In this document: positions 1 to 11,313 of the stretch, piece by piece
How the letters are laid out: every line of letters begins with the position of its first letter
How positions within the stretch are numbered: the stretch's first letter is position 1
Source: Selaginella moellendorffii
Taxonomy: Eukaryota > Plantae > Lycopodiophyta
DNA length: 64,000 bases
Assembly (NCBI RefSeq): GCF_000143415.4
Contig: NW_003314339.1
Coordinates: forward strand, 613,751 to 677,750
Direction: 5' to 3'
Notes under the pieces: generated by a model
Told to the model about the DNA's origin: nothing
The model's input: the letters and a program-made list of their open reading frames with translations, nothing else
Databases searched by the model: none
Translations under genes and position numbers: made by a program

Positions 1-512
1 CACCTGCAAAGTACAAAGTGAATGATTTGGTGTTAGTCCGTTTTCCCTATTTTACAGTACATGGTTTATCTAAGGGGCTCCTTGCGCAATGGAAAGGACC
101 GTATCGGGTGTTGCGGCAAGTTAGACCGCAAGTTTATAAGGTTCAGCATGACGTCCAGCAAGCCGATCCTCTGGAGATTGTGCATGTGCAGCGGTTGAAA
201 CGCTTCATACAAAGAGATCAGGAGCAGTTAATACCGTCTACAGATCCGCCGATGCCTCCTCCTAACGTTCCTCCAGATCCCGGCCCATCTACAAGAGAAC
301 CCTGACGGCCTTCCTTTATTCCAAGAGGAAGGGATGATATGAGGGCCAAGTGTACGGCTATGATGTCGTATACTAATATTAGCGTAGTGGGATTTTGGTA
401 GCCGTCGGATTGGTTTCAATCCGGACCACTCGCTCCTGTATATAAGCTAGGGTTTTTGGGTTAATTGATATTCACATTTCTGTATTCCCTTTCCATATTC
501 CATGCACTCACA
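1..512 (+). mobile_element. 3' end of a Ty3/gypsy LTR retrotransposon (integrase C-terminus, PPT, 3' LTR 338-512)
   Basis: ORF 18-305 has the integrase GPY/F motif (WKGPYRV...VHVQRLKRF). A purine tract (aagaggaaggga) lies at ~323-334. A 175-bp repeat ending ...CACTCACA is also found at 556-731. Confidence 0.9.
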
Positions 513-555
513 TCTTTAATTTTTAATATATAAAATACATTTCAAAATTACTATG

Positions 556-3500
556 TGTGAGGTCCAAGTGTACAGCTACAATGTCGTATACTAATATTAA
601 CATAGTTAAATTTTGTTAGTTGTCAGATTGATTTCAATTCAGACCACTCACTTTTGTATATAAACTAGGGTTTTTGGGCTAATTGATATGCACATTTTCT
701 GTATTCTCTTTCCATATTCCATGCACTCACATTGGTGGAGTTGAAGGCAACTTTCATTATCCTGAAGGAGTGCTAGAATTTGGGATTTTTTGTTTAGATC
801 TCCCTTTTTTTTAGTTTTTCTCACCTTATTGTTTTTGTTTGTTTCTTTTTATTCATCTTCATGGCAGAGTAGTAGCCTCCTCCTCTGACCCTAGAGCAGC
901 AGTTGGTTGCAGTTAAACAATTAAACTCAGTTGATGGTAACATTCACGGCATATGGTACAACTCTTTCTGCTCTTATTGCCAATTCTTGCATCCAGCCAG
1001 AGTTCTTTTGTAGGAATCCTAGGGGTGATGTGTACTATTGGTTCTATCACTTTACGATGATTATCACATATCATTCTTAGGATGATGCTTGACATTTACA
1101 TGAGTTTCCTATATGTCTCCAAAGGATGGCACTGCAATGGGACAATGGTTTGGGCGCAGCCACATGTGAGGATTGGAGTAATCTCTTAGATGTCTTCAAA
1201 CGTGTATTTGGATATGCTGATAATGCCTTTCAACAATTGCATCATCTTCGTCAAGGGTCATTTGAGTCGATGATGCAATTTAGTGTTTGTTTCCAAAGCC
1301 TTTTACTTCCTGTGGAGCCAAATATATTGGAGTGGATCAAGCTAGAAATATTGTGGCCAACACTTCGTCAAGATCTTGTAAGACTTGTGCATGCACTTAC
1401 TCTAGCCACCTTTAACGATGCCGTTCACTTGGCATAACGTTATAAAATGTCACCTCTTTCACTTCTTGTTGCACATCCTTTAGCTCCACTTCCTATGAGA
1501 GATGGTTTAGTTCCAATGGAGGTTGATGCTATTGCTATCCAGGTTCAAGGATAAGGGTGAGGATATGGTCGTGGCTATGATGTCCATTGCTAGGACTGTG
1601 ATGAAGTTAGTCACAATTATCGGCGTTATTAGTGTTTTCTAAATTGGCGACTTTTATTTCCTAGATGGAGACTTTGACATCAACAATGTCTTATTAGTGC
1701 TACTATGGAAGATCTGGAAACCGAGATGCATTCAAGAAATGAGGAGTCACACAAGTAGTAGAGGGACCTTGTGTGAATAAGTTAGTGACCCCTCTATATT
1801 TCTCTCGAGATTATCATCAAGGGGTTCACTCAGCATTAGTTCATCCAACATTTACTTTCTAAGCTGTTTTTATAATAAAAGATTTCCTATTATTTTCTTT
1901 GTATTGATTGATATAGGTTTGAGTTTATTTTCAATTGCTCAACCTATTGCCACATATTGCCATCTATATTTGCATCATATAGTAGAGCCAATTTTCATTT
2001 TTTATGGCAACGGGCGTACACATGCATGTGTATGAAATGAGGTAGACCTAATTGTTCATGTGGGCAATTTTGAGCTTGAGTTACAAACATTGTAGGTGGT
2101 GCTGAGTCAAGATTTTGACCTCATCTTTGGTATAAAGTGGTTGTGGCATAATTATGCCAAGTGTGACTTTAAGGCTTCTCACCCTTATCTCATACTTCCA
2201 TATATTTCTTCCATTCCTCTCACTTTTGTACTTCTTTATCCCTCTACTTCTACCTTTACTTCCATCACCTTTGTCACCTTATTATTTCTTCCTATGTTTC
2301 CATCTTGTTCCTCTCTTCCCTTTTCTAATCTCTCTAACAATCTTTGTATTGCAGTGGTTAACTGACTTATGAAGGAGTATATTAATCTTTTTGAATTTGA
2401 CCTGTCATCTGGGGCCAAAATTGCCACACATCATCCTATTCCAATTGGGGATGCTTGTCCAATCAAGGTTTTAGTTCGTCACCGATTACCCAAAGAGATC
2501 AAGATTTTATATACAGACATCAAAGAGATGTTGGAAAAGGGTGTTATTCAAAAGTTGTGGAGTCCTTATGCATTTGAATTTTATTTTATGACGAAACTTG
2601 ATGGGAGTATTCATTTTTGCATCTATTATCATCCGTTAAATGAAATGACAATCCCAGATATATACCCTATTCCTCACACTACTAATCTCTCGGATTGTCT
2701 AGGGAGAAGTCATTGCTTCACTAAATTAGATCTTGCTTTTAGGTACTGGCAAGTATCAATGGTTGAAGAAGATATCCTTAAAACAGTTTTTTATACACTG
2801 TTTGGTTTGTACAAGTTCTTGGTGATGCCGTTTGGTTTGAATAATGCTTTAGCAACTTTTTAGCTGTTCTTTCCACTATGCCGGAGGTGACTACTAACTT
2901 CATCAATGATGTCTTGATCTATTTAGAAGGGACATAAAAGGAACACGTCCGTGATGTTCATAAAGTATTAGATCGGCTACAAGAAGTTGGTTTTAAGTTG
3001 AAGTGGTTAAAGTGTGTATTTGGGTCTAAGGATATGACTTATCTTGGGTACTGTATTTCCTGTAAGGGTTTGCAAGTTGATCCTGACAAACTTGTGGCTA
3101 TTCTAAAGTACCCTACTCTAAAGTGTATGAATGATATATAATGCTTTCTAGGCAAGATGCAGTATCTTGATCATTTTGTTGATTCTCTTTTTTATCGCAC
3201 TACACTATTGCAAGCATTGCTGAAGTCATCAAAGTCATTTTTCATCTGATCTGCAAACTATGAGTAGGTGTTTACAGATTTAAAAGAACTATTAATAACT
3301 CTTCCAATTTTGGCATATCCTAACTACACTTAACATTTCATTTTGTGTGTGGATGTTTCTGATATTGGTTTTGGAGATGTGTTAATGCAAAAGAGTCTAA
3401 GTGTGCTTGGTCAGTGCCATTCTATTATATATATCAGTTGTACATTAGAACCAGCAGAGGTGAACTACTTCACGACAGAGAAGGAGTATTTAGCAACAGT

Positions 3501-5155
3501 TTGGGCTTTCAAGAAACTTCATACATATCTACATAATTCTTGAATGTTACTAGAATGTGATAATGCTGCAGTTACTTCATTATTGAAGAAGAAGAACTTG
3601 ATTGGTCACTGTTCAGTGGGCTTTGAAATTTTAGATATATGATTTTGATATTTTTTATTACCCGGGGAGTTCTATGGCTAATGTTAATACCCTTTTTTAA
3701 TCTCCTTTGCCTTTTTCACTCTCTTCTCATGTTTTTAATGAGCTTATTGTTCCAGCATTTATAGATTTTTTAAATGAAGATTTTGTGGCATTGGTGGTTG
3801 TTGTATTTGATGTTCAGTATCCACAAGGTGCAAAACAAGATTTACTTTCTCTTGACGAGGTTTGCGAGGCTTAAAAGATTGAGCTTGGATTCGAAAGATT
3901 TGCACTGGGTTTAAGAATTTTACATCACTTACTAATGACTTGCTATTTCGGCATTTACATTCTCAATATCACCTTGGGGACGGTCTTCTTTCTCTTATAG
4001 AGATGGATCTTAATAATCATTTATGGCTGATGGTGCTTTCAATCTTTATTTCATATTTTCTCTATGCCTACCATGATTCTCTTGTCTTAAATGGGCATAT
4101 GGGACATCATTGTGTGATTGAAATGTTATATAGATCTTTTTATTAGCCAGAGATATAGAAGTGTTATCCAATATGTGAATAATTACTTTTGGTGCTAAGC
4201 TCATAATACTTTCTTTTGTACTGCGGAAAATTAATTGTAATTTCCGTCCATTTGAGTTGGTGGCATTTGATTTGATGGGACTGTTTCCATAATCAACTAC
4301 TAGCAATGAATATATAGTTATGGATATGCCACAATTTCACGAGTGTTTATCATCCACAATCAGACAGTTTAGTGGAACGATTTGTTTGGACCTTCAAAGT
4401 GATGATTGCAAAGTATATGAACTTCTAGCATTCGGATTAGGATAGTTATTTGCCATCTTTTTGGTATGCATATGTCACAAGGGTATAAAGTTTTGTTAGT
4501 GCTTTATCATATAAACTTTTATATGGTCATGATTTAATATTGCCAATGGAGTTAAGTTTACCTTCACAATTGCCGTAGACTACTAATGCTAAGTTGTGGG
4601 ATCAGTATTTGATAAGCATTCTTCCACTTATCCAAGCAGAATCTGCTGAAAACCTGAGCCATGTACAAGTGGCACAACAATGACATTATAACTCTCATCA
4701 TCATCCACCTACGGAGTACAAAGTGGATGATTTAATATTGGTCTATTTTCCCTATCTTACGGTATATGGTTTATTTAAGGGGCTCTTTGCTCAGTGGAAA
4801 GGATTATATCGAGTGTTATAACAAGTTGAACCACAAGTTTATGAAGTTTAGTATGACATCTAGCAAGCCGATCTTCCAGAAATTGTGCATATGTAGCGGC
4901 TGAAATGCTTCATATAAAAGGACCAGGAACAGCTAGCACCACTTACAAATTCACTGACTTTTATTACTCTAGATCCCAGCCCATCCATCAAAGAACCCTA
5001 ATGATCTTCCATCATTCCGAAAGGAAGGGATATTGTACAATTATAATGCTGTATATTAATATTAGTGTAGTGGGATTTTGGTAGATGTCGGATTAGTTTC
5101 AATTTGGACCATTTTCTTTTATATATAAGTTAGGGTTTTTGGGCTAATTGATACA
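556..5155 (+). mobile_element. Degenerate full-length Ty3/gypsy LTR retrotransposon (~4.6 kb)
   Basis: 5' LTR 556-731 (TG...CA) is followed by PBS-like TGGTGGAG. Gag-like ORF 1126-1437; RT (FTKLDL...YWQV, KFLVMPFGLNNALATF) 2369-2863; RNase H (DVSDIGFGDVL...TTEKEYLATVWAF) 3343-3543; integrase remnants ~4050-5000, paralogous at their 3' end to 1-320. PPT ~5020-5030 and a partial 3' LTR ~5035-5155. Many stops and frameshifts. Confidence 0.9.
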
Positions 5156-5789
5156 TATTTGCAAAGTATAATTATAATATAAAAAAATTATTGATAAAAT
5201 ATATTAATTATTAAAAAACTCTTAATATATAGTATTGGAAATGAAAGTTTAAAAGTATTAACTTATGTTATAACTATTAATGGTGAAGCATTAAGTTAGT
5301 TAGATATTTACAATTTTTTTGTAGCTAATTGATTAATTAAGTATCAATAGTATAAATGGTTATTGTCCCCATGAACTAAACATATTCAGCATCTAATAAT
5401 TAATTACTATACTAAATTAAATATCTATTTAAAATTGTAAGAGTTGTGCTAGCATAATGAGATCATAGCTAAAAAGCTTATGATGTGGTGCTCATAGATT
5501 TTTATGAGTTTTAAATATTAATTTTATTTATTTTTATTTAAATTTAATTTAATATTATATAAGGATACAATAATTTCACTCATGGATTTATTGAAAAAAT
5601 GTGATATATTACATACTATATATAATACACAGTTATTAGTGTTTATGTGTTTTTTATTTCAGTAATATATAATAAATAGATTTTTATTTTTTGTTGTACA
5701 TAGTTTATGTTTTTTTGAAGCATAAAAGCTACTTTTAAGTCTCTAAATAAATATTATTTTTAAGTTTATTTATCCTATAGAGCTTGAGC

Positions 5790-6250
5790 TTGTTCCAGAT
5801 CGACTTTGCATACAAGTAACATTTGGACTATGCTCTTTGTATAAAATCTAGTTGGTGAATTAAAGCAGTGTTTTAACCTGTTACATCTTTTTCCAATTTA
5901 TACAACTCTTCACCTGCACCAAAGTTGCCCAAGAGCTGGTAATTTTCTTGAGAGTAATACAAATCATCAGAAGAGCAAAAGTGAGGAGGGGAGGGGGGTG
6001 GTGGGAGTGAGAAGACAAAAAGAAACTTTTTTGCAAACTTTTTTGCAGTCTCATACTTCTTGTTGGGCACTGCAAGACTGCCAAAACAGAATATAGATAG
6101 ATAAATAGATACTCCCTCTCCCAATTCTACCATAGCACCTCTATAGTTCTACTTCTTTTCTTTTAGCTTTGATAAAAAGCTTTATTGGTTGAGAAGATGT
6201 TAGAGTCCAACCGAAGATTGCAGCAAAGCATGAAGAGTTCACTGAGATTC
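5790..6250 (-). pseudogene. Degenerate partial copy of the DUF309 gene at 27518-28262
   Basis: The reverse complement matches ~27770-28260 (MVELGEGVS, SQENYQLLGNFGAGEELYKLEKDV), including part of the intron. The middle (~5975-6110) is replaced by unrelated sequence. Confidence 0.85.
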
Positions 6251-6806
6251 AGGCAAAGGTATTTAGTATTTAGTTAAATTATGTGACAGGGCACTTGAAG
6301 CGGATCACTGAGCGTATTGATTCCTGAGGTTGTTTTGGCTTAAGTTTGGAGATTTTCTACTGACCTGTGTGCACAGGGCAGCTCAGTTGTAGTTGGTACA
6401 CCACATCACTTCTATGACTTCTACGTTCTTCGAGGGAGCGCTCTACACAGACGAGAGGTTCAAGCGAAAGCCATCTCGCGGCGGTGATTCAACCCCGCGC
6501 ATTGTGTTCACGTTGAATGGCGAGATGACCTGCCAGGCAGACTGCTCCAGAGCAGAGGAATAGCCCTCTTTATGCGGCGTGCGATCGTGAATCTCGCCTT
6601 CGAATTCCTGCTTGAGAACGCGAGGAGGACGGACGATCCTGGAAATCACAGCCCCTACCCCGATCGAGGCGCGAATCGAGTGGCGTGGCGAATTGTTTAG
6701 CCAGATCGTGCTCGAATTAGAAAGAAATTCGAATATTCGCAACGCGCCATGGATGCCTGACCGTCCGATTTTTCTAGAAACCGGCGCGAGCTAGAGCTTA
6801 GCGGCC

Positions 6807-8000
6807 ATGGATCTTGGCCAGTCTCCACACCGGCGTCAGATGGGATCTCTCGTAGATCTCTTCAACGAGCACGACGGGCGTCGTCCATTTTCACATCTCT
6901 CAGCCTCTTTCATCATCGATGTTTCAATTGATCTTGTCCAAGGTCTGGAACTACAAGACGAGAAGGTGCATGTTCACAGGAGTATCCCTGGATCGTAAGT
7001 GCTAGCGACGATCAAGCCATCAGGATTTGGAACTAGCAGTCCCGGACGTGCTGACGGGACACAATCACTACGGCTTCGTTTCACGTCAAGGACGATCTCA
7101 TGGTGTTTGCGTCGCTGAGACGGTCTCTCCAGCCGAGGATCTTCACAGAATTCTGAAACTCACGCAGATGAACAGCTAACGTTTTGGTGGCGACGATGCG
7201 GTGGTCAAGTATGTTCTCGAGGGGCATGACAGGGCTGCTTTCCATCCAAGCTTGCCGCTAGTTGTCTCTGGTGCTGACGATCGACAAGTAAAGCTGTGGA
7301 GGATAAATGTTAATATGTGGACTTGTTCTTTTGTTCTAGTTTCTAAACGCTTGCATTGGTTCCAGAAACAGGCTTGGGAGGTTGGTCACATCAACAACGT
7401 TTCCTGTGTCATGTTCCACACTGCCGGGACATCAAACTCGAGTCTGGGACTTGTCCAAGCGTTCTGCCGTACAAACTTTCAGGAGGGACCCGAGATGAAC
7501 TTTTTTGCGACAGGACAGGGCAGTGGAATTATCGTCTTCAAGCTCGAAAGAGAGAGGCCGGCTTATACAATCAGTGCGGGGGTGCTGTATTACGTCAAAG
7601 AAAAGGCTTTGAGGACTTACGACTTTGCCACTTCAGAGGACACATCACTGATAAACATTCGAAGAGCGGAGCTGAATCAGAGAACATTGTCTTGCAATCC
7701 AGCGGAGAACGCCGTGCTTTTATGCTCGGACCGTCACAACGGTACGTACAAATCCCGAGAAGTAATGACACTTCGGCCGAAGAAAGCCAGCGGGTCGTGG
7801 GGTGTTTCGTGCCCCGCAACCGCTTTGCCAAGGCGCACGGCTTGATTCTAGTCAAGAATCTGAGGAACGACGTCTCCAAGAGAGTCGAGGCTCCATTGGC
7901 GACAGTTGACGCCATCTTCTATGCGGGGACGGGATCTTAGAGCCTTCGACAGTGCAATGCGCCTTCTCACTCGGCAACTCGGGATCAAAAACTTCGGGTC
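6807..8000 (+). pseudogene. COPA: Coatomer alpha subunit (alpha-COP) pseudogene: WD40 N-terminal part plus a short C-terminal-region piece
   Basis: MGSLVDLFNEHDG; VVKYVLEGHDR..AAFHPSLPLVVSGADDRQVKLWR; GIIVFKLERERPAY; VDAIFYAGTG; then AFDSAMRLLTRQLGIKNF at ~7944-7998. Many deletions and frameshifts. Confidence 0.88.
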
Positions 8001-8989
8001 TTCACCCGCCAAACAAATATCACAAATATCCTCGAGACACTGTGAATAATCACAAAAATCTTCGCAGATCGAAGCACCGTGATCGGGAGAATTTTATTCT
8101 TTCTTTGTGCTTTCACTCTTATTTAATTTTAGCTATGGAATGAATATTGTTTCAAGGAGAAATGGGCTTCTAACGCCCAGAATCTGAAATGAAAAGCGAT
8201 TCTTGAAACTCTGCTGCGCGAGTTGTCCAATGCGCATTTCTTCGAAGTTTTCAAGGGGAAAATAGCGATTCCAATTTTCCTGCGATTATCAAGTAAAGAC
8301 GAGGAAGCTAGGAAGCTAAGAATTTACAAGCGAGAGCGATTATCAGTAGCCTAGAAAAGAAGAGAAATCTCAAGTTCTATTCCAACATAGGAAAGAATTC
8401 ACAGGTAGAAGCAGTAGAGAAACCTCACATCACGCTGCCTTGGCTGCCTTGGCTCCTACTTCTGCTCGCCAACAGCAGCAGCCAGAAACAACGGTGGCAG
8501 ATAATACATTTTTTTCATCATCATACCTCTTGTGCTTGTGCTCCCAGCCAGAGCTGGTCCGCTGATTTTCTTTGAATGAAAGCTACAAAATCTCTACCTC
8601 CACGTACCTTACGGCGGGCCTACCTTACGGACCATAAAATCTTTTCTTTACGTGCGGGAGAAAAGCTAAAGGAAACCAGCGCACTGAGAAAGAAAAACCA
8701 GGCAGAAAAGGAAACCAGCGACAGCACTGAGAAAGCAAAACCAGGGAGAAAAAGAAACGAGCGAGAGTACTGAGAAAGCAAAACCAGGGAGAGAAGAGAG
8801 GGGCTGGGGCTGGGGCTTTTAGATGACGAAGAGTGAAAACTACCATGGCTCCAGCGTGTGTCGTCTTGTGTGAGATGGGAGACAACGAGAATTCGCGTGT
8901 GCTGCGTCACGAGGGAGGAATTAATCCGGGCCGACATTATAGCCAAGGAGTTTTGAATTTGATCGTTCCAAAGCAGCTCAGATCTTAGT

Positions 8990-9340
8990 CAACGATGTCA
9001 ATTTAAGAATATTTTCAAAGAAATGGCAATCGCTACCGCCAGGATCTCGTCTCTTCCACTGCTGGGGCTCATCGGAGACTCAGCAAGGATTTGGCAGATG
9101 ATCTCTTGGAGAACTGCGACAGTGTCCCGGAGACTAAACTTGCCGAAAGCGGGAATCTGGACCGATGCCAGGAACTGTCTCCGAAGATGCCGCAGCGTGG
9201 CATTGTGTTTTAAAAATTGATAATGCAATGTATGAAATGCGTCTCGAAACCAGAAGATGTTTCTGGAAAGATTCCAAAGAAAGATAGACACTCGCGGTGG
9301 CTTCTGCATATGCCCATTCGCGCTACCTTGTTTGAATCTT
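8990..9340 (+). pseudogene. Possible PLS-class PPR gene remnant
   Basis: Broken-frame peptides LAESGNLDRCQELSPKMPQRGIV, KIPKKDRHS and AVASAYAHSRYL resemble PPR motif consensus. Confidence 0.4.
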
Positions 9341-9354
9341 TGGTGATGGTAGAA

Positions 9355-9660
9355 TCCACGAACTTTGGGAATGGCGCACAATCCCCCGCTTAATGACCAG
9401 CACACAGCATCCACCACCGCCAAGTCACAAACGCTGAAAATCTGCCCGGCCACCTCCGGCACGAACCGCACAGCGCAGCAGGGGCACGACACCGCCCGCG
9501 TAGATGGGCGTAAACGTTGCTCCCCACACCACAAACGGGTTCCTCTCCGTCGTTCTCGCACGCCTGGAGGACCTGCTTCGAATTGGCGATCCCGGCCTGG
9601 TTTGGATTCATGTCTCGCAATCGCCTCGCCAGGAGACAACGAGAATTGGAGTGTGCAGGG
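9355..9660 (-). pseudogene. COPA: Alpha-COP C-terminal fragment, inverted relative to 6807-8000
   Basis: Across frames: ARRLRDMNPNQAGIANSKQVLQACE, RNPFVVWGATFTPIYAG, VSCPCCAVRFVPEVAGQIFSVCDLAVV...GLCAIPKVR. These match the alpha-COP C-terminus (RNPFVVCGATYVPIY..VSCPYC.ARFVP...C.VCDLAVIG). Confidence 0.8.
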
Positions 9661-9783
9661 GGAATTAAAGCAAAATGAAGTTGTAAATATTCCAAGGAAC
9701 CTTCAAAAAGACGGAGATCCTATCTTTTAGAATTCTAAGTATCCGCTGGGTTTACCCATGCATCTGAATTGGCAGCAGCTTCA

Positions 9784-10903
9784 ATGGCGCTAGTGCCTTG
9801 TTCGTCGTTCAATCCTCGCGGGCTCCTTTCTCTCCCGCCATTGCGCAAATCCCTGAGAAGGCCGAAGTCGAAAGCGATTGTATTGGGTGTGTCAATGTCG
9901 GAGGATGGGCAATCTCGTACTTGCAAGAAGTAAGATGCAACAAAGAAGAAGAAAGCAGAGCGCACAACATATTTGTTCGCTGCTGTTGCCTCAAGCACAT
10001 TGATTGGCGGTCTCAGCATTGGAGCTGCGTGTTACAGATTCTTGTGGCAAATGCAGGAGGTCTGTGAACTTTGACACACATAGGCTTGATCACAAGAGAG
10101 AAATCTTTAACTATGTTCAGAAAGGCAGCAGTGAATTGCCTGCTCTGGAAATCCTTGGTACCGTGTCTTTGGCATTAGGTGCAGCTGTGAGTATGTTCAA
10201 AGCTGCTGTTCAAGATTGATTTTATTCTGTTTCTCAGGTGGGCATGGAGTTTTGGGCTAGATGGGCACACAAAGCGCTATGGCACTCTTGCTTGTGGAGC
10301 ATGCACAAGGTAAGGCACAAACAAATTTTCGGACAGTTAAATTGCCACGAGTCTCTCTACAACAGTCTCATCATGTTCCTCGGCAAGGTCCATTCGAGGT
10401 CAACGATGTTTTTGCCATTGTGAACGCAGTCCCGGCGATAGCTCTCATGTCTTACGGATTCTCCCACCAAGGACTCCTTCCTGGCCTGTGCTTTGGAACA
10501 GTAAGTAATAGAAGCATTTCTTGTAGCTTTGAAAATATTGCATATCAGGGCCTGGGCATCACCATCTTCGGGATGGCCTACATGTTTGTTCACGACGGCC
10601 TGGTGCACCAACGGTTTTCAGTTGGCCCACTGGCCGATGTGCCATATTTTCGGAAGGTAGCTGCTGCTCACCAGGTTTGTCCATAAATCATTCAGCTCTA
10701 GATTTACCATCAAACCTTTCACTCAGATTCACCATGCCAATCTGTTTGATGGCGTTCCGTACGGTTTGTTCCTGGGGCTAAAGGTGAGCGAGAGACTGGA
10801 AACCAAACTTTTGACGGATTCATGGCCCTGATAGGAGCTGGAAGCGGTTGGTGGAGAATTGGAGCTGAAGAAGCTGGTGTCAAATCGTCATCATAAAAAA
10901 TAA
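9784..10903 (+). CDS. BCH: Non-heme di-iron beta-carotene hydroxylase (BCH/CHY-b), multi-exon; possible in-frame stop in exon 1
   Basis: AERTTYLFAAVASS; VGMEFWARWAHKALWH..HKSHH; GPFEVNDVFAIVNAVPAIAL; MAYMFVHDGLVHQRF; AAAHQIHH; GVPYGLFLG.KELEAVGG. GT-AG introns. TAA at 9931-9933 is in frame with ATG 9784. Confidence 0.9.
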
Positions 10904-11313
10904 TAGATTGTAGCACCACGAAAAAGATTTTTTTTATTATTACTTTATAGAAAAAGCGACTGCAAATCGGCCCTATGTGTTAAAGCTGACACCAGGTCTT
11001 CAAACTATCGTACATAGAAAACGTGCGTTTTTCTAAGAACATGGAATCCTGGCGGGTGGGCTGCATAATGAAATGGCCCACAACCCAATGTCATACCGAG
11101 AAAAAGACTCTGTCCTAGCAAGGTTTGTACGCAGCTCGGACCAAACCACGGACTTTGTACCAGGAGGAAGGAAGAGCATTGTCCCACGCCCCGCGCACGT
11201 CCATCTCGGGTCGGTCCCTTGTTTGTGAGGAGGCTTTCTAAAACGTATCGCTGCAAGGCGGTCGCTTGCAACTTGAATGAAAAGGGTAGCTGCGGCTTGA
11301 AGGGGACAAGAAG

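Noticed and set aside
8576-8946. Small ORFs with ~40-bp imperfect repeats
   Set aside because: Low complexity with no homology evidence.
8998-9639. 213-aa minus-strand ORF as a novel gene
   Set aside because: It is a chance read-through of a frameshifted COPA fragment and the antisense of a PPR-like remnant.
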